Below are positions 49,669 through 56,646 of a stretch of 57,419 nucleotides of DNA, piece after piece (the first letter of the stretch is position 1; each line of letters starts with the position of its first letter). This DNA comes from an uncultured virus (IMG/VR IMGVR_UViG_3300025120_014373). Taxonomy: Duplodnaviria; Heunggongvirae; Uroviricota; Caudoviricetes. Both the position numbers and the translations under genes were made by a program. Where the stretch lies: IMG/VR virus record IMGVR_UViG_3300025120_014373; one strand, given 5' to 3'. The notes beneath the pieces were generated by a model that was not told the origin of the DNA, ran no database searches, and worked only from the letters and a program-made list of their open reading frames with translations.

Positions 49669-50286
49669 GTGAATAACCCATGGTTATGTGTAAAGGATTT
49701 TGAGCAATCTATTTGTAATTATACCGGTAGTAAGTATGCAGTAGCTGTTGATAGTTGTACTAATGCAATTTTTTTATCACTAATATACTATAAAAAATTT
49801 ATTAACAAAAAAGATATTACAATAACTATACCGAGTAGAACGTATATATCTGTACCAATGCAAATAATAAATGCTGGTTATAAACTAAACTTAATAGATT
49901 ATGAGTGGATTGGTTCATATAAATTAAAAAATACTCCTATTATTGATTCGGCTCAAAATTTTACAAAAGACATGTATATAAAAGATACATTTCAATGTAT
50001 ATCTTTTCAGTTTAAAAAACATTTACCAATTGGTAGGGGAGGAGCAATATTAACAGATGATGCTAATGCATACGAGTGGTTAATCAAAGCGAGACACGAT
50101 GGTAGAAATATGTATACTGAATATGGTAATATAGGTAATATAGATATAATTGGTTATCACTGTCCTCTATTACCTAATGAAGCAATTAAAGGTCTAGAAT
50201 TATTATTAAATATGAATTTAACGTCTAATAATATACCTGGTAGATCTACAGATTACCCTATAATAAATAAAAATTTATTTAAATGA
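49669..50286 (+). CDS. DegT/DnrJ/EryC1/StrS PLP sugar aminotransferase (short form)
   Basis: FE...YTG..YAVAVDSCTNA, DSAQ, SFQFKKHL...GGAILTDD, HDGR, GY. Confidence 0.85.
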   Translation: MNNPWLCVKDFEQSICNYTGSKYAVAVDSCTNAIFLSLIYYKKFINKKDITITIPSRTYISVPMQIINAGYKLNLIDYEWIGSYKLKNTPIIDSAQNFTKDMYIKDTFQCISFQFKKHLPIGRGGAILTDDANAYEWLIKARHDGRNMYTEYGNIGNIDIIGYHCPLLPNEAIKGLELLLNMNLTSNNIPGRSTDYPIINKNLFK

Positions 50287-51173
50287 GAGTTTTAATAACA
50301 GGTCATAACGGATTTTTAGGTAAATCTATAGTTTCAAAATTATATAAAAATATAGAAATTATTGGTATAGATAAAGTAATAGATAAAAATACACCAATTA
50401 AATCTATAGAACATGACTTAATGTTTTATAATAATGCTGTTGAGGAAGAAATTAAATCTAGTGATATTATAATACATTTAGCCGGTCCTGTTGGAGTTGA
50501 AAGAATTGATTATAATTATGATACTTACTTACATGATATGTTAACTATAAATTTAAATGTATTCAATTTAGTTAAAAAATACAATAAGAAAATTATTTTT
50601 GCTAGCACGTCAGAGGTTTATCATGATGTAAAGTCTGCCAAAGAAAATGATAATTTAGTTATTGGTAGTCCGGATAAATCTAGATGGGGGTATGCTTCCG
50701 GTAAGTTAACTTCAGAATTTTTATGTAAATCGTTGTGTCAAAATAGTTTAATACTAAGATTTTTTAATATAACTGGTGTAGGAGATAATAAAGGCGTTTT
50801 ACATAAAATGATAACAGCAATAAAAACAAATAATAGTATACAGTTATACGGTTCTGGAAATCAAGTTAGATCTTTTTGTGATCAAAGAGATGCTGTCGAG
50901 TTTATTAAACTTGCTATTGATAATGATATTTTTAATGGTGATATTTTTAATGTAGGTTCATCAGAAAATTGTATAACAATATCAGATTTAGCTATTTTAT
51001 GTAAAAATATATCTAAAAAAAATATTAATATAAACAAAATAGATTATGATAAAATTTTCTCAAAAAATCATGATGATATTTTATTTCGAAGTCCGTGCTG
51101 TAAAAAAATGAATACAATATATAAGTCTAAATATACTAATGTGGATATAATTGAAAGTATGTTAAATGAATAA
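50283..51173 (+). CDS. NAD-dependent epimerase/dehydratase/decarboxylase (ArnA/UXS-like SDR)
   Basis: TGHNGFLG, FASTSEVY, RWGYASGK, RFFN, GSGNQVRSF. Confidence 0.88.
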   Translation: MRVLITGHNGFLGKSIVSKLYKNIEIIGIDKVIDKNTPIKSIEHDLMFYNNAVEEEIKSSDIIIHLAGPVGVERIDYNYDTYLHDMLTINLNVFNLVKKYNKKIIFASTSEVYHDVKSAKENDNLVIGSPDKSRWGYASGKLTSEFLCKSLCQNSLILRFFNITGVGDNKGVLHKMITAIKTNNSIQLYGSGNQVRSFCDQRDAVEFIKLAIDNDIFNGDIFNVGSSENCITISDLAILCKNISKKNININKIDYDKIFSKNHDDILFRSPCCKKMNTIYKSKYTNVDIIESMLNE

Positions 51174-51819
51174 TAATATTTTAATAATTGTAGCACATCC
51201 AGACGACGCAGAGTTTGGTATGGGAGGTACTATATCTAAATTATCTAAAACTAATACTATTACTCTTTGTGTATTGTGTAGAGGTAATAGACCAGGCAGT
51301 CATTCTGATGTAGAGGTTGATCGTAAAAAGGTACTTAATGAAAATGTAAAAAGTTTAGGTATTTCAAAATTAATACAACATGTATATGATGATGTAAGTT
51401 TGGATAAGCATCCCTTTTTATCAATTAGTAGTTATATATCATCTATTATATCACAAATAAAACCTGATACTGTTTATACAAATTATAACGGTGATATACA
51501 TATTGATCACGAGTTAGTATCGAAAGCAGTAAGAGTCGCTTGCAGACCAAGACGTAACTGTTCTGTTAAGGCATTATATGAATTTTCAATACCGGGCAGC
51601 GGAGAATGGAATTTTAAGGGTATAAATTATAATACATTTTATAATATTGAAGAAAATGTAAAAATAAAATATAATTGTATAGATAAGTATATAACTGAGT
51701 TACAACCGGCTCCAGACCCTATAAGTAGTGAATATATAAAATATCGAGACTTATATTATGGTAGTATTTCAGGGTATAAACAAGCAGAACCATTTGTTTG
51801 CATTTTTAATATGTTATGA
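51166..51819 (+). CDS. PIG-L/LmbE family N-deacetylase
   Basis: AHPDDAEFG.GG, D.HIDH, AEPF. Confidence 0.9.
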   Translation: MNNNILIIVAHPDDAEFGMGGTISKLSKTNTITLCVLCRGNRPGSHSDVEVDRKKVLNENVKSLGISKLIQHVYDDVSLDKHPFLSISSYISSIISQIKPDTVYTNYNGDIHIDHELVSKAVRVACRPRRNCSVKALYEFSIPGSGEWNFKGINYNTFYNIEENVKIKYNCIDKYITELQPAPDPISSEYIKYRDLYYGSISGYKQAEPFVCIFNML

Positions 51820-52553
51820 TTTTTAAGCGTAAAAAGGAAAATATATTAGTAGTTGGTAACGGTGAAATTGGTAAATCAATTCATAAGTTATATAATAGCG
51901 TCTATTACAATGTAACTGTTGTAGATATTAATTCCTCTTTAGTTAAAGTTAAGGATATTAATGTAATGAATATTTGTATACCATATAGTGAACAATTTGT
52001 TGATATAGTAAAAAATTATATAACTAAATTTAACCCGAAGTTAACAATAATACACAGCACAGTTTTACCTGGGTCAACAAAAAAAATTAAAACTTCAAAT
52101 ATAGTATATTCCCCTGTTGTTGGTACTCATCCGGATTTATATAAAAGTATAAAAACATTTACAAAATTTATTGGTGCAAACGATAAAAGTAGTCTTAAAC
52201 TTGCAAAAAAACATTTTAAAAAATTAAAAATTAAATATAAAATTTTTAAAAATACTAAAACTGTCGAAACGTCAAAAATATTATCTACATTATATTATGG
52301 TATGTGTATAGCTTTTCATAATGATGTAGATTTATTATGTAAGAAGAATAATTTACCTTATGAACAAATTATGACTGAATGGAATACTGAATACAATAAA
52401 GGTTATACTGCTTTAGGTAAAATAAATGTAGTAAGGCCTGTACTTAATTCTCCTAAAGGTAAAATTGGCGGGCATTGTATTATTAATAATGCTGAAATAA
52501 TTAAAAATTATTTTAAAAGTGATATAATCGATTACGTATTAAAATTGAAATGA
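51816..52553 (+). CDS. UDP-glucose/GDP-mannose dehydrogenase family protein (short form)
   Basis: G.GEIG, ICIP, HSTVLPGST, E..K, IGGHC. Confidence 0.82.
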   Translation: MIFKRKKENILVVGNGEIGKSIHKLYNSVYYNVTVVDINSSLVKVKDINVMNICIPYSEQFVDIVKNYITKFNPKLTIIHSTVLPGSTKKIKTSNIVYSPVVGTHPDLYKSIKTFTKFIGANDKSSLKLAKKHFKKLKIKYKIFKNTKTVETSKILSTLYYGMCIAFHNDVDLLCKKNNLPYEQIMTEWNTEYNKGYTALGKINVVRPVLNSPKGKIGGHCIINNAEIIKNYFKSDIIDYVLKLK

Positions 52554-53080
52554 AACCAATATTAATGATACACGAATTTACGGAAGAGTTTTTAAATTTA
52601 CCGTTAGAAGATTATGTATTAACTTTTGATGATGGGTTATATACTCAATATCTATTTTTAGATAAGTTGTTAAAAATAAATACCGAGAAATATTTTTTTA
52701 TTAGTAGTGGTATAGTTTGTCCTGAAGATGAAATGCAAGACAGTAGCTTTATTACATGCGTAGATGCACATAAAAACTCATATAAAGGTGTATACAACAA
52801 CTATATGAAATGGTCGCAAATTAAAAATATAAATGAACAAGATAATTGTACTGTTGGGTGCCATAGTCATTTTCATATGAAAAAAACCCCTGACTGTGTT
52901 GAGTGTATTATAGCTGATAATAGGTATATGTTAAATGATTTTAATAAACATTTAGGAAAAATACCTGATATATTTTGTTTCCCATTCAATAAAGAAACAG
53001 GTTTATATAAAGAAATTTTAACTAAAAGAGGCTTTAATAAATTTTACGGTAAAGGAAGAATAGATATAAATGAATTATAA
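52550..53080 (+). CDS. Polysaccharide deacetylase (NodB/CE4-like)
   Basis: ILMIHE, LTFDDG, HSHFH, FCFPF. Confidence 0.85.
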   Translation: MKPILMIHEFTEEFLNLPLEDYVLTFDDGLYTQYLFLDKLLKINTEKYFFISSGIVCPEDEMQDSSFITCVDAHKNSYKGVYNNYMKWSQIKNINEQDNCTVGCHSHFHMKKTPDCVECIIADNRYMLNDFNKHLGKIPDIFCFPFNKETGLYKEILTKRGFNKFYGKGRIDINEL

Positions 53081-53720
53081 AATTATACATCAAAGTTGGA
53101 GTAATAAATTCCTACCCATAAAATATAAAAAAAATCAACTTACATTAAAAAAATATTTTAACGATTGTGAGTTTAAATTATGGACCGATGAAGATAATAA
53201 TAATTTTATAAAAAATAAATTTCCAGATTTTTATCCTATATATTCTAATTATAATAATAAAATTAATCAGATAGATTCAGCAAGATTTTTTTACTTATAT
53301 GAATATGGCGGGTTATATATAGATTTAGATGTATTATTAACTAAGGATATTAGATGTTTACTAGATGATAAATGTTGCATGTTTTCGCAGGATTCAAATA
53401 ATAGTTATTATAATCACCAAAATTTACCTTTTTATATAGATTCTATGTGCATGTATAGTGAACCTAAAAATATCTTTATTGGTAAAATAATTGAACATTT
53501 ATATAAAAATGAACCTATCGATATAGTTAACGATTTGGATAACGTTTTTTTAACTGGACCAGGAATGGTAACTAATTTATACAATAAACTGCAACCAAAT
53601 ATTAAATTAAATCATAATAAAATTATAGTTAAAAACGATTTAGATTTATATAATGAAATTTATGGTATACATTTTTGTAGTAGTACATGGGTTGGAAAAA
53701 AATACCATTTAACTAAATAG
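53070..53720 (+). CDS. Glycosyltransferase family 32 (DxD sugar-binding)
   Basis: KIIHQSW, LWTD, D.AR..LY.YGGLYIDLD, TGP, H...TW. Confidence 0.9.
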   Translation: MNYKIIHQSWSNKFLPIKYKKNQLTLKKYFNDCEFKLWTDEDNNNFIKNKFPDFYPIYSNYNNKINQIDSARFFYLYEYGGLYIDLDVLLTKDIRCLLDDKCCMFSQDSNNSYYNHQNLPFYIDSMCMYSEPKNIFIGKIIEHLYKNEPIDIVNDLDNVFLTGPGMVTNLYNKLQPNIKLNHNKIIVKNDLDLYNEIYGIHFCSSTWVGKKYHLTK

Positions 53721-53726
53721 ATTAAT

Positions 53727-53915
53727 ATGAATGAAGAAAATATTAATACATTAACTGAACAATTTAGCATTTTTACAGAAGAAGTTCAAAAATTTAATGA
53801 TAAAGGGGTAGCTGCTGCTGGTACAAGAGCAAGAAAATCTCTTTTAGAAATTGCAAAGTTAACGAAAGTCATTAGAAAAGATATTCAAGATGTAAAGAAT
53901 GCTGGTAAAGCATAA
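53727..53915 (+). CDS. Small histone-H1-like (Hc1-family-like) protein
   Basis: KF..KGVAAAGTRARKSLLEI.K..K..RK motif. Confidence 0.7.
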   Translation: MNEENINTLTEQFSIFTEEVQKFNDKGVAAAGTRARKSLLEIAKLTKVIRKDIQDVKNAGKA

Positions 53916-53923
53916 ATAATAAT

Positions 53924-54355
53924 GTGATCACTTTTAAAACATTCTTTGAGTCTAATAAACCTTTAGGTTTAATTGAAACTATAACTTTTGAAGAATTAGG
54001 TCCCATTGAAGCTAAGATTGATAGCGGCAATGGGGCTTATAATGTCTTACATGGTGTCAACTTACAACATAAAAATAATGAAGTTACATTTGATACTGTT
54101 AATGATAAACAAATTACCAAACCAGTTATTGAATTTATAGATATAAATGTTGGTTCTGGTCCAGATGGTGAACCTACGATCGATAATAGACCAGTTGTTG
54201 AGTTTGATATTAAAATAGGTGATAGATCATACCCTAAAACGAAATTCTCTATTGGTTCAAGAGAAGGTAACGATTATAAAATATTGGTCGGTAAAGATTT
54301 TATTGAAAAACTGGGCGGTTTGATCGATGTTAGCGCTGAAGGTAATTTAGATTAA
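53924..54355 (+). CDS. Retropepsin-like aspartic protease (RimK-associated protease family)
   Basis: GLIE, AKIDSGN, RPVV, YKILVGKDF; CATAAATA 5 nt upstream; MITFKTFFE leader. Confidence 0.8.
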   Translation: MITFKTFFESNKPLGLIETITFEELGPIEAKIDSGNGAYNVLHGVNLQHKNNEVTFDTVNDKQITKPVIEFIDINVGSGPDGEPTIDNRPVVEFDIKIGDRSYPKTKFSIGSREGNDYKILVGKDFIEKLGGLIDVSAEGNLD

Positions 54356-54378
54356 TTAATAAATAACTGCATTTATGT

Positions 54379-55269
54379 ATGGTTGACATTATACCTATTG
54401 ATGTATATTTGATCTTTAAAAAGCTTAACCGTAATATTAAAATGTCTGATATAGCCATTTTAAACTTTAATGAAGAAAGAGGTAGTATTTTATATAAAGC
54501 AAATAATATAGTACTAAAACCTGAACAAAATAATTTTTTAAAAAATTATTACCCATCTATTAAAAAACTTTGTTCAATAGATTCGACATATATATCAAAT
54601 TATAATAATATAAAAGATATAAATCCTAATATATTTTATTATGATTATACAGAAGGAAATAAATTATGTGATTTTGTATACGATTACGGTTTTAAATTTA
54701 TTAATAAAAAAGAAATTATTAAAAATATCGTAAAATTTATAAAATTTTATATTAATATTGATACAAGTATTTTTGGTAGTATGATTGAAACATCTGAAGT
54801 TGATCATGATATTATTAATTTTAGAAAAAAATTAATTAGTAATAATTCATTTAATAAAAATTTAATACAAATTTATGACACCTGTATCAAAAAACAAAAA
54901 AAATCAAACAAAACACTATTATTATTAAATGATTTAAATGCACATAACATTATAATAAGTGAAAACAATAATGTTAAATTAATTGATATGAGTGAAGGTA
55001 TTATAATTGGTAATTATAACTTATTTATACATAGATATTTTTCACTATTATGGTTATTTGGTGAAAAGGTTGTTGACAAAGCAATTAAAGATTGCAGTAT
55101 TAATAATGAAAATTTATTATTAAAAGAATTATCATTTTTTTATTTTTATAATTATCAACTGCATGTATTTGATTTAAATTCACCAATTGAGCGATTTGAA
55201 TGCCTACTATTTAAATATAAATGTAGTAAAATTTGTAAAAAAATTATAAAATCTTTTAATAAGCGTTAA
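54379..55269 (+). CDS. APH/choline-kinase-like phosphotransferase (start may be 54442)
   Basis: YDYTEG, NDLNAHNII (catalytic loop) and KLID (Mg-binding) motifs. Confidence 0.6.
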   Translation: MVDIIPIDVYLIFKKLNRNIKMSDIAILNFNEERGSILYKANNIVLKPEQNNFLKNYYPSIKKLCSIDSTYISNYNNIKDINPNIFYYDYTEGNKLCDFVYDYGFKFINKKEIIKNIVKFIKFYINIDTSIFGSMIETSEVDHDIINFRKKLISNNSFNKNLIQIYDTCIKKQKKSNKTLLLLNDLNAHNIIISENNNVKLIDMSEGIIIGNYNLFIHRYFSLLWLFGEKVVDKAIKDCSINNENLLLKELSFFYFYNYQLHVFDLNSPIERFECLLFKYKCSKICKKIIKSFNKR

Positions 55270-55278
55270 CTTAATTAA

Positions 55279-55560
55279 TTACCAAATTTCTAAAGCTCGT
55301 CCAAACCCGAATACATTTACAATACAAAAATATATTGTTAATAATAACGGGAAAGCTAATTTTCTCATATAATGTGCTATTGATGAACAAAAAGCAGCTA
55401 TAAAAAAAATAGGGTAAACTAAAATCATATTTGGGTTGTTCGCTGTATTAGCTAAATAGAAAGAAGCAGAAACAGCACCAACAAAAGCTACAATCTCAAA
55501 GTAAAATGCTTTTTTATTTGATGTATAACTACCAACCCAGAATTTTTTCATTTTTTCCAT
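55279..55560 (-). CDS. Small membrane protein
   Basis: Three hydrophobic helices; coupled to folE2. Confidence 0.7.
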   Translation of the reverse strand: MEKMKKFWVGSYTSNKKAFYFEIVAFVGAVSASFYLANTANNPNMILVYPIFFIAAFCSSIAHYMRKLAFPLLLTIYFCIVNVFGFGRALEIW

Positions 55561-56612
55561 TAACGTAACCCGGTAGTTTCAAATACATCTCTTGCAACTC
55601 CTGCTGAAAAGCCTCCTTCAACACCTTTAACTATAACTGATATAGCGTTATGACTATGAAGACTTTCATTATGAGAAGCTACAATCTTAAAGTCTTTAAT
55701 ACGAGACTCGCTACTAAGCTTTTCATACATTAAACGTACTGCATCTTCTACAAACTTTAGATTAGAACCATTAAGTTCAGCAAATGCTTGCTCATCTTCT
55801 CTCTTAACCATAACTTGTGTTTCAGTCTGTAAAGCAGTCAAGCATAACTCTTGTATATCTTCTACCCACAACATATCATCAAACTTAACACTAACTCTTG
55901 CAACACTTCGTTGACTATGAGGTACAGTAGCACGGTTACGATACTTTTCAGCATGCTCACTCAATTCAAAACTACAAGGACATGCAGATGAATATACAAA
56001 ATCGAAGTGAATATACTTCTTAAATTCACCATCTTTAGTAAGATCACCTTCGAATACTACATCATAATATTGATAACCTTCTAACCCACTACGTAAACTA
56101 GTTTGCTTAATAGGATATGAAATCTTAAGCATAATTCTAGAATCAAAGCATTTAAGATTCTCTCTATATGACTCTAATACATCTTTAATATTATTAATAC
56201 TAAAAACATCATCCTTATGATCATAAAAACTTCTCATTATACGAGACATATTAATACCTTTCTTATGAGCTTCTAAACTTACACTACCAGTTACACTAGT
56301 TTCAAGATTAATAGTCTTACCATCTCTCTTCTTATATGTTAAAGGTAACTTAAAGTTATGTATACCTACTTGTTGAATAGGTACCGCAGCACCTTGAATT
56401 AAACTCGACGGGCCATTCTGTAGATCGGGTAGAGATGAAATATATTTTCTATCGGCTTTAACCTTATTATCATAAACTCTAATAGGGGGAAAATAACCTT
56501 TACTATATTCTTCACCCATTAGTTCTTTTGCAATAATATCTTTTTCACCGGTAAGTTCACTTTCACTTACATCATCACCCAACCATTCATAACTTTTATT
56601 TTTATCCGACAT
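55560..56612 (-). CDS. folE2: GTP cyclohydrolase IB
   Basis: LPDLQ, KGINMSRI, SSACPCS, PHSQRS, VKREDEQAFAE, FVEDAVR, ESLHSHNA. Confidence 0.95.
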   Translation of the reverse strand: MSDKNKSYEWLGDDVSESELTGEKDIIAKELMGEEYSKGYFPPIRVYDNKVKADRKYISSLPDLQNGPSSLIQGAAVPIQQVGIHNFKLPLTYKKRDGKTINLETSVTGSVSLEAHKKGINMSRIMRSFYDHKDDVFSINNIKDVLESYRENLKCFDSRIMLKISYPIKQTSLRSGLEGYQYYDVVFEGDLTKDGEFKKYIHFDFVYSSACPCSFELSEHAEKYRNRATVPHSQRSVARVSVKFDDMLWVEDIQELCLTALQTETQVMVKREDEQAFAELNGSNLKFVEDAVRLMYEKLSSESRIKDFKIVASHNESLHSHNAISVIVKGVEGGFSAGVARDVFETTGLR

Positions 56613-56618
56613 ATATCT

Positions 56619-56646
56619 ATTATACCATATAGATTAAATATTTCAA
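56619..56646. promoter_or_regulatory. Overlapping divergent promoters: sigma70-type (-) for folE2 and late-type (+)
   Basis: Minus TTGAAA-N16-TATAAT, 6 nt before ATG 56612; plus ATTAAATA (56633-56640), 5 nt before ATG 56646. Confidence 0.7.
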
